In this document: positions 7,327-17,600 of the stretch, one piece after another | Position numbering within the stretch: the stretch's first letter is position 1 | Layout: every line of letters begins with the position of its first letter | From: an uncultured Gammaproteobacteria bacterium | GTDB lineage: Bacteria; Patescibacteriota; Patescibacteriia; UBA9570; CAZNEH01 | Reading direction: 5' to 3' | Length of the DNA stretch: 64,000 nt | NCBI GenBank assembly: GCA_964572175.1 | Contig: CAZNEH010000001.1 | Location: 9,788-73,787, forward strand | Position numbers and translations under genes: made by a program | The notes under the pieces: model-generated | Seen by the model: only the letters and a program-made list of their open reading frames with translations | Told to the model about the DNA's origin: nothing | Database searches by the model: none

Positions 7327-9345
7327 ATGAAACATTTCAAAATATTATTTATCATCACTTGTTTGGCCAGTATTGCGTTTTTTAGCCAGGCAGCCTTAGC
7401 TCAGAATAGAGTTAAGAATTTTCGGGTTACAAATGAAACTTCAGAAACTATTACCCTTAAATGGAAGGCAAATCCTAGAGCTGTAAAATATAAGATTATA
7501 GTAAAAGAACAGGGAGGAGAGTTAGTTAAAAAAGTTTATACTACTAAAAATAGAAAAAAGATAAAGAATTTAAAACCAGATACAGTTTATAAATTTAAAA
7601 TTCGGGCTAAATTCAAAAGAAGATATAGTAAGCATTATAAAATTATTAGAGTTCGAACTGATTCTGCTACGCCAGCTCCGCAGGAACCAGAACCAATTCC
7701 TGAGCCAGAACCTGTTCCAACTCCCGAACCTGAGCCAGAGCCTACTCCCGAGCCTGAACCAACACCAGAGCCAGTTGATAACGACGGCGATGGTTACACT
7801 GAAGAAGAGGACTGTAATGACAATGATGCCACTGTTTATATAAATCAAACATATTACCAAGACTTAGATAGTGATGGGCTAGGTTCAGATACATCTACAT
7901 CAATATGTTCTTCTGTTACTCCAGAAGGTTATGTAACTAATAGTAATGATTCAAACGATAACGACTACGACAACGATGGCGTAGAAACTGGCATTGATTG
8001 TAATGATACCAATTCCGAATTAACCGTACATAATACTTATTATTTAGATAGCGACAACGACAGTTACGGTACTTCTGAAGGAGTTCAATTCTGTGCTAAT
8101 GAACCACCGGCTGGATATGTAACTAATAACACTGATTGTGATGATAGTGATTTAAATGTAAATACAGGCCAAGCATATTACCAAGATTTAGATGGTGATG
8201 GACTAGGTTCAGATATATTTACTTCTGTTTGCTCAAGTACTCCACCGACTGGTTATGTAACAAATAGTAATGATGTAAATGATAACGATTACGACAACGA
8301 CGGCGTAGAAACTGGCACTGATTGTAATGACACAGATGTCGATTTAGCTTACACAAATATTTATTATTTAGACACAGATAGTGATAGTTATGGCGTATCA
8401 ACTGGTACAGAATTATGTGCCACTGAAACACCAGCGGGTTATGTTACTAATGGTGATGACTTAGATGATTATGATCCTGAGATTGGTGATACTGAGCCAG
8501 AACCTGGATTGGATATACCATTTGGTTTTTGGGGCTTGAATGGATACACAGATTCTGATGGACTTGCTTATGTGCAAGATAATTTTGGGGTAAATGTTTA
8601 CCAAGTTTTATCTGATGGGCCAAATTATAATTTAAACACTTTGTTACCTAGGGTTGAAGCCGCGGGAATGAAGGTTAACTTGAATATCACTGGTAATTAT
8701 TATGACTTTAGAGATAGAGATAATAATTTTGATATAAATTTATGGAAACAGTCTTTAGATGATTATTTTAGTGATTCAGATACGGCTGTAGAGACTCAAG
8801 AGTATATTGATAACGGAACGATTGTTGGAATTATGATTTTAGATGATATTTATAATTATAGTTATTCTTATGGAGGAGTTAATCCTACTTCAGCAGAATT
8901 AGAAGAAATGGCTTGTGATTTAAAAGGATATGTTGATGTAACAACTTGGATTAGGGAAGATGTTAGTTATTTAGATCCTTATCAATTTAGCTGTTTAGAT
9001 GCCGCTGGTTTACAATATTCAGCTGTTAAAGGATCAGTGGAAGATTATATTTCAGTACAAGGGCAATTAGCAAGTGATTTAAATCTTGATGTGGTGGCTG
9101 GTTTAAATATTTGTGATGGCGGTGATGGTTCTAGCGGGCAAATTGGTTGGAGAAGTGGTAAGTATACGATGACTCCAGAAGAAATTACTACTTATGGTGA
9201 AGCGATGCTGGGAATGGACAATGTGATTATGTTTTTAATGTGGGAGTATGATGCTAATGAAGTGTGGGCAGATGGGGTAACAGTTGGAGCTGATTATTTT
9301 AATCAAGACGAGTATAAAGAAGCAATATATAATTTAGGTCAATAA
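7327..9345 (+). CDS. large secreted surface protein: signal peptide, Lys-rich FN3-like domain, Pro-Glu-Pro linker, four MopE-like Cys/Asp metal-binding repeats, C-terminal domain
   Basis: The true start is the in-frame ATG at 7327, not 7210 which overlaps the tRNA fragment. A TTGACA-N18-TATATT promoter lies upstream. Signal peptide MKHFKILFIITCLASIAFFSQAALA. Linker PEPEPVPTPEPEPEPTPEPEPTPEP. Repeats of type CNDND..TYYQDLD.DGLGSD. Confidence 0.75.
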   Translation: MKHFKILFIITCLASIAFFSQAALAQNRVKNFRVTNETSETITLKWKANPRAVKYKIIVKEQGGELVKKVYTTKNRKKIKNLKPDTVYKFKIRAKFKRRYSKHYKIIRVRTDSATPAPQEPEPIPEPEPVPTPEPEPEPTPEPEPTPEPVDNDGDGYTEEEDCNDNDATVYINQTYYQDLDSDGLGSDTSTSICSSVTPEGYVTNSNDSNDNDYDNDGVETGIDCNDTNSELTVHNTYYLDSDNDSYGTSEGVQFCANEPPAGYVTNNTDCDDSDLNVNTGQAYYQDLDGDGLGSDIFTSVCSSTPPTGYVTNSNDVNDNDYDNDGVETGTDCNDTDVDLAYTNIYYLDTDSDSYGVSTGTELCATETPAGYVTNGDDLDDYDPEIGDTEPEPGLDIPFGFWGLNGYTDSDGLAYVQDNFGVNVYQVLSDGPNYNLNTLLPRVEAAGMKVNLNITGNYYDFRDRDNNFDINLWKQSLDDYFSDSDTAVETQEYIDNGTIVGIMILDDIYNYSYSYGGVNPTSAELEEMACDLKGYVDVTTWIREDVSYLDPYQFSCLDAAGLQYSAVKGSVEDYISVQGQLASDLNLDVVAGLNICDGGDGSSGQIGWRSGKYTMTPEEITTYGEAMLGMDNVIMFLMWEYDANEVWADGVTVGADYFNQDEYKEAIYNLGQ

Positions 9346-9351
9346 AAAAAA

Positions 9352-9381
9352 CTGCTTTGATAATATCAAGGCAGTTTTTTT
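9352..9381. terminator. bidirectional rho-independent terminator
   Basis: A-run, then hairpin CTGCTTTGATA/TATCAAGGCAG, then T7. Lies between convergent genes. Confidence 0.7.
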
Positions 9382-9396
9382 GTACTTGGAAAAAGG

Positions 9397-9594
9397 TTAG
9401 ACCTTTTGAACGTTTACAGCTCGAGGGCCTTTATCAGAATCCTCAGTTTCGAACTCAACAGTATCACCAGATTTTAGCTCTTCATAAGAAATGCCAACTA
9501 GTGAGTTTGAGTGGAAGAAAAGATCTTTTTCTTCTCCTTCGATAGTGATGAAACCAAATCCCTTGTCTGTAAGGGTTTTAATAACTCCTGTCAT
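9397..9594 (-). CDS. cspA: cold-shock protein (CspA family)
   Basis: KGFGFI RNP1 motif in a 65-aa OB-fold-sized protein. Confidence 0.9.
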   Translation of the reverse strand: MTGVIKTLTDKGFGFITIEGEEKDLFFHSNSLVGISYEELKSGDTVEFETEDSDKGPRAVNVQKV

Positions 9595-9721
9595 AGGTGT
9601 GATTATTTGTTTAATTTTTTTAATTTAGAATTTATATAAGTTCGACGACACTTTTTTGCTCTATGGTTAGGAGTATACCAAATATGCTAAAAAAAGCAAG
9701 TTTTGTGCTATAATTAATAAG

Positions 9722-10789
9722 ATGAGAATTAAATATTACAAAAATATGGAAGGAAGTAGATCAAGAAGGGTGGGGTTAAGAGATGCGGTTAAGAAAACAG
9801 CCGAGGTCGGAGTTAGGTCTATTGTGGCTAAGTTAGAGGGTAAAAGTACTTTTGGGGTGGGCTCTAATTCTATTTTAGCGGCCTGTGCCATGGCTTATCC
9901 AGAAAGATGTGATATTAAACAAGAGGTAGAGCGAGATGCTTTGCCGGTTTTAATGAGATATGTGATGGGTTATAACGATTGGGTAGATGTGGGGGAGGAT
10001 CTTCCAGAAGGAAATGAGTTTAGAGATTATTTTGAAAGTGAATTAGAAAAACATAAAGCAGCTTGGTATGCATATTTGGATCAAATGCCAAATAGAGAAG
10101 AGGCTGATGCCTTAAGACTTCGAACAGACCAGATTATGGGTGATTTAGCGACCATTGAAGGAGCAGCTAAGTGTGTAGAAGGGGCGGATAATCCTTATCG
10201 AGAGGAATTAGACTTAAAAGAATTGGCTAATGGAGTGGACGCTATTTTAGGAATTATTGCTTGTGTGGATCATAATATGTTTGCCGATAGGATGGATACT
10301 GATCATGATACTTCGACTATAGAAGGGGTGAAAGCAAAATATGCCTGGTTAGTTGATTTGGATTATGAAGAGGTGGAAGGCAATGAGTTAACAGAGGATG
10401 AAAAAAGAGCTAGAATGCTTTACTTGGCTTCTATGGCTGCGCAAATGCAAAATGATATTAGTATTTATGATTATGACAAGGCTTTAGGAGTTGTGAAGCC
10501 AATAAACGTGTTAACTGACGTAGTTGGTCTTTCTAAAGAGGACGCAATTGAGAGAACAGAAAGAGAAGAGGCAAGGTATATTAGATTAGCGAAGAAATAT
10601 GGGTTCAAAAGAAGAGTGATTAAAATAGGGGATATTGGTTATAGGGCTGGTAATGATTGGTTGCATGGAATAGTAGACTTGGCTCGGAGCCAAGACCCAG
10701 ATAGTGTTATGAGAAAGTTGATTGCGGCTGGTTTTAAGAAAACTGGTTGTGTGAGGCAGGAGATGATGGTGAATAGAGATGATGAATAA
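9722..10789 (+). CDS. hypothetical protein
   Basis: An extended -10 (TGCTATAAT) lies directly upstream of the ATG at 9722. No recognisable domain. Confidence 0.5.
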   Translation: MRIKYYKNMEGSRSRRVGLRDAVKKTAEVGVRSIVAKLEGKSTFGVGSNSILAACAMAYPERCDIKQEVERDALPVLMRYVMGYNDWVDVGEDLPEGNEFRDYFESELEKHKAAWYAYLDQMPNREEADALRLRTDQIMGDLATIEGAAKCVEGADNPYREELDLKELANGVDAILGIIACVDHNMFADRMDTDHDTSTIEGVKAKYAWLVDLDYEEVEGNELTEDEKRARMLYLASMAAQMQNDISIYDYDKALGVVKPINVLTDVVGLSKEDAIERTEREEARYIRLAKKYGFKRRVIKIGDIGYRAGNDWLHGIVDLARSQDPDSVMRKLIAAGFKKTGCVRQEMMVNRDDE

Positions 10790-10869
10790 TATTTCTTAAT
10801 ATAAAAAAACTCACCGCGCGACTCGCTTGATGACGAATCGCTTGGTGAGGGGTCCCGGGGCTTGGATCC

Positions 10870-11076
10870 CTAGGCGGTCATGGGGAGGTCAGAGTTCAGG
10901 AAGGCCTGGGAGGTCGCCATGAAGGCTTCCATTTCCCCGGAGGCGGCGATGGCACCTAGGTCGACCTGGTGAAGCAGGGCGCTGCCCTCTTGTTTGTTGT
11001 AGACCAGGTTCGGTTGTCCGTCGAGGGTGAGGATGCCCACAGTTCCTTGCATTTCGAACTTCCACTTGTCGTTCAT
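10870..11076 (-). CDS. GC-rich small protein (68 aa) in a solitary cassette
   Basis: Minus-strand promoter TTGACA (11148..11143) - N17 - TAAGGT (11125..11120). The ORF has high GC (~60%, by eye) in a ~35% GC genome. Downstream minus-strand terminator hairpin CTCACC...GGTGAG plus T7 at ~10800..10850. Confidence 0.5.
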   Translation of the reverse strand: MNDKWKFEMQGTVGILTLDGQPNLVYNKQEGSALLHQVDLGAIAASGEMEAFMATSQAFLNSDLPMTA

Positions 11077-11389
11077 GTCGGCTCACTTTCAGGGCTTTGC
11101 CCTTTTGAGATTCACCCCAACCTTACCCATTTATAATGAAATTGTCAACCTATCTACGGTAGACAGGCTTTGTTTGGGGGTATGGAGGGTTTTGGAGGTG
11201 GGGGAGGGGGATTTGGAAGTGGCTCAACAAAAAAGCCGACAGTTTTTGTCGGTGTTTGTGGAGTTGTTGAGGAGTGAAATTGTTTGATATTTGCTAAGCT
11301 TGATTTAAAGTCTTATTAAGTGTTATAATATATTTACTTGTGGATAAACATAGATATTTAATAAATTCATTATTATTTAAATAAATACA

Positions 11390-11411
11390 GCCCTCACTGT
11401 AAAGTGAGGGC
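11390..11411 (-). terminator. rho-independent terminator
   Basis: GCCCTCACT-gtaa-AGTGAGGGC 9-bp stem, followed on the minus strand by TGTATTTATTT. Confidence 0.7.
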
Positions 11412-11431
11412 CATAAATAAGTTCGATAGGA

Positions 11432-11599
11432 TTATTCTGTTAAAGAGTCGGTGATTTCAGGCACTGGCTCTTTTTTTACTTTCTTTTTCTTTGCGTAGAC
11501 TTTGTCTACATAGAAACAAAAAGCATCTTTTCCATAATCTTTAGCGAAAATTCGCTTCCCATTACGGAGAGTAATCCACTTGCGACAAATTTTTGTCAT
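11432..11599 (-). CDS. small basic protein (55 aa, not in ORF track): MTKICRKWITLRNGKRIFAKDYGKDAFCFYVDKVYAKKKKVKKEPVPEITDSLTE
   Basis: Clean ORF followed on the minus strand by a perfect terminator hairpin (11390..11411) and a T-rich tail. Confidence 0.4.
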   Translation of the reverse strand: MTKICRKWITLRNGKRIFAKDYGKDAFCFYVDKVYAKKKKVKKEPVPEITDSLTE

Positions 11600-11913
11600 A
11601 AGTTTTTTGCTTATCCGGTTCTTAGAATTGTCCGGCTAAATGGTAAATACCTTGAATTCTGAGAATTCTGAAAGGATAAAGCAAAAACCACCGAGCGCAG
11701 ACGCCTCACCGTAATCTGTTTACACAGTTTGCGATGAGTGTTCGTAGCACTCAGCAAACCCTAGGGTTGGCAAAGCGACTACGCTCGATGGTTAATCTCT
11801 TTGTAGTAATTTGAGATTAATTTCTGCGCCCCGTCTACGAAACGGGAAAATTGTAATGAACTCTTCTATATTTTATAATTATAGCTCTTTTTTGTCAAGA
11901 GGTAAATTACTAA

Positions 11914-12861
11914 TTAAGCAACTATTCTTGCACCTATAGCATCTGTTAAAATAGTTTCAAGCTCTTGAATTGTTTTGTATTCATGGCATTGATAATGTTT
12001 GACATAGAATTCTAGTCTACTTTTCTCTTCTGTGCTCAGGCTATCATCTTTGTTATAAACGTAGATTATATCTTTTCCTAAGGCATAGGCGAACCCAACT
12101 TCAAAAAATACAGAATGTCTCATGCCTGTTAAATCAGCTATTATGAATTTACTTTTTCGAATTTCACTCAAAGCTTTTAAATATATAGGTTCTGAAAAGT
12201 GTTCTCCTTTTAAACATCGTGCTTCATGACCACTGTCTTTAACAATTTTTTTAATAGCATTTATTTTTTGATTTGTAGAACCCTCAAACCATACAGCAAT
12301 AAAAGCTTGTTTTTTATTATCTTCTTTTAAAGACATTTTAACTGAGTCCCATCCATCAATGGAAAGTTTTATAGACCACGGTCCTGTGGTTTTAGAGGGT
12401 AGCTCAATATAATTAGATGCTTCTAATAATTTTATTAATTCGATAAATTCAATACTATTTTTTGCATAAGCGATAGGATAGTCTCTATCAAGCTCAATTT
12501 GTATATTGTCGCCAAAATGTTCTGTTTTATTTCCTATAAAATTTAGTATTTTTTGAGATTGTTCACGTATGTTATTTTTTTCTGGTAGTAGATAGTGTTT
12601 TTCAATATAATCATCAATATTTGAATTATAAAATTCAGGTGGTTCCTTATCATTTTCATATAGTTCACGAGTAATACCAGAAAGCAAGTGTTTTGATTGA
12701 TTAACTTTGGCTACAATATCTCGATCGCTTACTGTTTTCTTGCTGATTAAATAATTTTTACAGCGAGGGCACTCGACATGATAAATACCTTTTTGAATAT
12801 TAAATCTAGAGATGATGGCGGCAAAATCACAGAGAGGACATTTTTCTAATTCTTTACTCAT
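11914..12861 (-). CDS. zinc-ribbon + nucleoside 2-deoxyribosyltransferase-like domain protein
   Basis: N-terminal CPLC...CPRC zinc ribbon. C-terminal FFEVGFAYALGKDIIYV resembles the NDT-family/TIR-like fold signature (D/E-x-G-x-a-a-G-K-P-v). Confidence 0.45.
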   Translation of the reverse strand: MSKELEKCPLCDFAAIISRFNIQKGIYHVECPRCKNYLISKKTVSDRDIVAKVNQSKHLLSGITRELYENDKEPPEFYNSNIDDYIEKHYLLPEKNNIREQSQKILNFIGNKTEHFGDNIQIELDRDYPIAYAKNSIEFIELIKLLEASNYIELPSKTTGPWSIKLSIDGWDSVKMSLKEDNKKQAFIAVWFEGSTNQKINAIKKIVKDSGHEARCLKGEHFSEPIYLKALSEIRKSKFIIADLTGMRHSVFFEVGFAYALGKDIIYVYNKDDSLSTEEKSRLEFYVKHYQCHEYKTIQELETILTDAIGARIVA

Positions 12862-12872
12862 AATTTTATAAC

Positions 12873-13637
12873 CTAATCAATCTTTTTATATTGTCTCACC
12901 GCGATGGGGAAGGCGAAGGTGAGGATGCCAGCGATCCAGAGGAGGATGTACCAGATAGAGTTTTCGTAGCTGCCGGTGATCATGAGTCCGCGGATGGAGT
13001 CGATGGCATAAGTGACAGGGCTGTGTTCGGCGAACCATTTTAAAGCAGTGGGCATGGAAGCGGTAGGGACAAAGGCAGAGCTAGCAAAGGTCATAGGAAA
13101 CATAAAAACCATTCCAGCCATTTGAGCAGTTTCGGTGTTTTTTACAGATAAGCCAATAATAGTCATGACCCACATAATAGCAAATCCAAAAAGGACGGCT
13201 AAAGCAATGCCAGCGATAGCTTCTAAAGGGCTTTGTTCTATTCGAAAGCCAATAGCATAGCCAACGCCGATCATGATACCAACGGTAAAAAGATTACGTA
13301 AAGAGTCAGCCAAAGTACGGCCAGCAATAACTGCGGATCGAGTCATAGGTAAAGAACGGAAACGATCCATAAGACCCCTAGTCATATCTTGAGACAATCC
13401 CACCGCCGTGTTGACTGCCCCAAAGAGAACAGTCTGGATAATAATAGCTGGAATAAGATAGTTGATGTAAGAGTTACCAGGAACATCAATAGCGCCACCA
13501 AAAACATAAGCAAAGAGAAGAACAAAGATAACAGGCTGGACCGCAGAGAAAAAGATTAAGCGAGGAGAGCGTTTATAGTGAATCAAGTTTCGTTTGGTGA
13601 TTTGCCAAGTGTCTGAAAAAAAGTTTTGTATATTCAT
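12873..13637 (-). CDS. ABC-2 type transporter permease
   Basis: Six predicted TM helices. Translationally coupled to the upstream ABC ATPase. Confidence 0.75.
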   Translation of the reverse strand: MNIQNFFSDTWQITKRNLIHYKRSPRLIFFSAVQPVIFVLLFAYVFGGAIDVPGNSYINYLIPAIIIQTVLFGAVNTAVGLSQDMTRGLMDRFRSLPMTRSAVIAGRTLADSLRNLFTVGIMIGVGYAIGFRIEQSPLEAIAGIALAVLFGFAIMWVMTIIGLSVKNTETAQMAGMVFMFPMTFASSAFVPTASMPTALKWFAEHSPVTYAIDSIRGLMITGSYENSIWYILLWIAGILTFAFPIAVRQYKKID

Positions 13638-13641
13638 ATGT

Positions 13642-14574
13642 TTATTCGGTGGCTTTACCAGTTAAGGATATAAAAACATCGTCTAAAGTAGGGCGGCGCA
13701 GCTGGATATCTAAAATATTAATACCGGCTTGGTCCATTTGGCGGACAACATCGATCAAGACATCAGCTTTACCATCAACTGGAACGCTAAAGCTAAGGCG
13801 GTCTTTGTCAAAGCTAATTGGTTTAGAGCTAGTAGCTTCTAAAATTTTTATAGCCTCAGCAGTATTATTTTTTTCTTTAATAACCACCTCTAAGACATTG
13901 CCTCCAGATTTAGTTTTAAGTTCATCAGCGGTTCCTTCAGCAATAATTTTACCTTCATTAATCACCGTGATAGAATCAGCTAAGTAATCAGCTTCTTCTA
14001 AATATTGAGTAGTTAGTAAAACAGTAGTGCCCTTAGCTTTTAATTCTTCGATCACTTTCCAAAGATCTTTACGGCTAGCAGGGTCTAAGCCAGAAGTAGG
14101 TTCGTCTAAAAATAGAATAGGAGGGTTTACAATTAAACTAGCCCCAAGGTCAAGACGTCGGCGCATTCCGCCAGAGTAATTCTTGGCTTGGCGATGAGCA
14201 GCGTCGGTTAGGCTGAACTGAGCTAATAGATCATCAGTTCGTTTAATGGCGTCTTTTTTACTTAAATGATAAAGACGAGAAAACATTAGTAGGTTTTCAT
14301 ATCCAGTAAGCTCTTCGTCAATAGCCGCATATTGTCCACTTAGGCCGATCTTAGTTCTAAGCTGCTTCTTGTTTTTTAAGGCGTCAGATCCATCAATAGT
14401 CACAGAGCCAGAAGTAGGAGATAAAAGAGTAGCTATAATACGGACTAGAGTGGTCTTACCAGCTCCATTTGGGCCTAGGAGAGCCTTGATAGAGCCCTTG
14501 GGGACGTGAAGGTCAACCCCTTTTAAAGCCTTGACGTTTTTAAAGGTTTTAACAACGTTTTTTACTTGAATCAT
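13642..14574 (-). CDS. ABC transporter ATP-binding protein
   Basis: Walker A GPNGAGKTT, ABC signature SGGMRRR, Walker B ILFLDEPTSGLD. Confidence 0.9.
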   Translation of the reverse strand: MIQVKNVVKTFKNVKALKGVDLHVPKGSIKALLGPNGAGKTTLVRIIATLLSPTSGSVTIDGSDALKNKKQLRTKIGLSGQYAAIDEELTGYENLLMFSRLYHLSKKDAIKRTDDLLAQFSLTDAAHRQAKNYSGGMRRRLDLGASLIVNPPILFLDEPTSGLDPASRKDLWKVIEELKAKGTTVLLTTQYLEEADYLADSITVINEGKIIAEGTADELKTKSGGNVLEVVIKEKNNTAEAIKILEATSSKPISFDKDRLSFSVPVDGKADVLIDVVRQMDQAGINILDIQLRRPTLDDVFISLTGKATE

Positions 14575-14652
14575 ATTGTGTTTTTAGTAGTAAATCTACC
14601 TTAGATTAACATTTATTGAGGGGCGGGTCAATTATGTGGTATAATAAGTGAT

Positions 14653-17600
14653 ATGATATCTCTTAAGGAGTTGATAAATAAAAATGATTTAACCATAGCA
14701 GATAAACTTAAGCTTTCTGCTAATTTAGCCGAGGCTTTAGGAAAAATTCATCAAAATAATATTATTTACAAGGCTTTATCTCCAGAGAATATTTTAGTTG
14801 ATGAAGAGATAAAAAAAGTAAAGATAGCTGATTCTGAGATGTCTTCAGAGTTGCTAATAGGTCAGCGAGAGGCCCCAGAGTCGGATATTCCTAAAGGTGA
14901 TTTAACGTATATTTCTCCAGAGCAAACTGGGAGAATGAACAGAGATATTGATTATCGGACTGATTATTATTCTTTGGGAATAGTTTTATACGAGTTATTT
15001 ACCCAGCAGATTCCGTTCGAGTCTATAGATCCTTTAGAAGTTATTCATGGCCATTTAGCCAAGAAGCCGATTCCGCCGCAACAGATAAATAAAGAAATTC
15101 CAGAGATGGTGGGGGAAATTATTTTAAAGTGTTTAGAGAAAAATCCAGAAGACAGATACCAGAATGCTTATGGACTTAAAGCTGATTTAGAGAATTGTTT
15201 TGAGCAGATAGTGAAAACGAAAAAAATTAAAAAGTTTGAACTAGGTAAAAAAGATGCGCCTTTGGCTTTTTCAGTTTCAGAAAAAGTTTATGGCCGAGAA
15301 GAAGAAATAAAAGAATTAAAAGAAGCATATCAAAGAGTGAGGACAGGTAAGACAGGGTTGGCTTTGGTTACAGGATATGCTGGAATAGGTAAGTCTGTTT
15401 TAGTGAGAGAATTTCAAAAAGAAATTATTGGTAAAGATAATTATTTTTTAACTGGTAAGTTTGATCAATATAAACGTAATGTTTACTACCATGCCTTTAT
15501 TGAGACTTTTAAAGATTTAGTTAATCAGATTTTAGCTGAAAATGAAAAACAAATTACTGAATGGAAAGAGAAAATTTTAAAAGCTTTAGGAGAAAATAGT
15601 CAATTAATGATTGATGTGATTCCAGAGTTAGAGTTAATAATCGGCAAACAGCCGCCAGTTATAGAGTTGACTTCTACAGAAGCGCAAAATCGTTTTCATT
15701 TAGTTATTCAAAAGTTTACTCAGGTTTTTGCTACAGAGGAAAGGCAATTGATTTTCTTTTTTGATGATCTACAGTGGGCTGATTTAGAATCTTTGAAATT
15801 ATTTGAATTATTAACCACTAATATTAATAGTAAGTATTTACTTTTTGTTGGAGCTTATAGAGATAATGAGGTGGATGAGACTCATCCAGTGTCGCTGATG
15901 TTAAAAAATATCCAAAAAGAGAATGTAGAAATAAATACAATTAAGGTTGAGCCGTTAGTTTTTGAGGATATTAACCAGCTTATTGCTGATTCCATAAAAG
16001 GCGATTTAGAATCAGTAAAGCCATTGACTGAGGTGGCTATTAAAAAAACTAATGGAAATCCCTTTTTCTTGATTCAGTTTTTAAATATTCTTTACCAAGA
16101 AGGACTTTTTGAATTTAATGAAGAGACTTATGTTTGGGAATGGGATATTGAAAAAATTAAAGAAAAAGACATTGCTGATAATGTAGTTGATTTAATGACT
16201 AAAAAGTTCAAGGATTTTTCTTTGGAAACTCAAGAAGTTTTAAAATTAGCCTCTTGCATAGGAAATAAATTTAAATTAGAAACTTTAGCCATTATATATC
16301 AGAAAAATAAAGAAGAAACATTTAATGATTTAAGCCAAGCGATTAAAGAGAGTTTAATTCGTCGGTCAGGAGATGATTATATTTTTGCCCATGATAGAGT
16401 TCAGCAAGTGGCTTATTCTTTAATTCCAAAAGAGCGGAAGCAAGAGATTCATTTTAATATCGGAGAATTATTACTTAAGAATACCAAAGAGGAAGATTTA
16501 TCAGAAAATATTTTTGAGGTTATTGATCAATTTAATTTTAATGTTGATCAAATTAAAGATCAGAAGATGAGAGATAGGTTGGCTAATTTAAATTTATTAG
16601 CTGGTAAAAAAGCTAAGGCTTCAGTAGCCCATGATGCGGCCCTAGGTTATTTTAAAATGGGAATAAAGCTTTTATCAAAAGATAGCTGGGAAAAGCAATA
16701 TAAGTTGTCTTTAGATTTGTATATAGAAGCAGCAGAAGGTTCTTTTTTAACATCTAAGTTTAAAGAAGTAGATAAATTTTGTGCCATTGCTTCAAAAAAT
16801 GCCAAAGAATTACTAGCTAAGGCAAAAATTTCAGAAATTAAAGGCCGCAGCTATTATGCTCAAAATAAAATGGTCGAGTCTTTTAAAGAAACATTAGAGG
16901 CTCTTAATTTTTTAGGATGCAAGTTTCCTAAAAAGGCCACCACAGTACATGCTTTAATAAGTGTTTTGAAAATAAAATGGGCTTTATTAGGAAAGTCAAA
17001 CAAAAAGATAGAGCAGATAAAAGACATGACAGATCCTAAGTCTTTGATAATTATGAGTTTGTTGAAATTTTCTTCTCATTCAGTATATCGAGCTAGTCCT
17101 AATTATTTTCCAATTGTAATATCTAAGGCAATTATTCTTTCATTGAAAAGGGGAATAGCTCCATCTACAGGTTTTTTCTTTAGCGCTTACTCAGTAGTTT
17201 TGATTTCTACTTTAGGAGATATTAACGGAGGTTATAAGTATGGCCAATTAGCTACAGCTTTATCTGATCGATCAGTGGCTAAAAAAATGAAATATCGAAC
17301 TTCTGTTATTGTTCATGGTTTTATTAATCATTGGAAAAAACATCTTAAAGAAAGTGTGGATAATCTTTTAGTGTCATATCAAAAACAATTAGAATTTGGA
17401 GATAATGAATTTGCAGCTAGTTCTTTAGTGATGTATTGTTCGTACTTTGGTTTTTCCGGAAAGTCTTTAAACGAAATTAATAAAGAGTTTGAAACATATG
17501 GCCGAGCTTTATGGCAATTAAAGCAAATGGTGGATTTTCAAGATAATAGTATTCATCATCAATTTTCATATAATTTTGTAGAATATGAAGAAAGCCCAGA

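Noticed and set aside
7570-8431. Antisense ORFs 7570..7860(-) and 8219..8431(-) inside the surface protein gene
   Set aside because: They are embedded antisense to a well-supported long CDS with repetitive Pro/Glu and Asp codons, and have no independent signals.
10889-11287. Alternative ORFs 10889..11086(-) and 11027..11287(+) in the first solitary GC-rich patch
   Set aside because: The frame chosen (10870..11076-) is the one positioned correctly behind the TTGACA-N17-TAAGGT promoter. The others overlap the promoter or terminator. The true coding frame nevertheless remains uncertain.
13649-13987. ORF 13649..13987(+) antisense within the ABC ATPase gene
   Set aside because: It is fully contained in the ATPase gene that carries Walker A/B and signature motifs, and is spurious.
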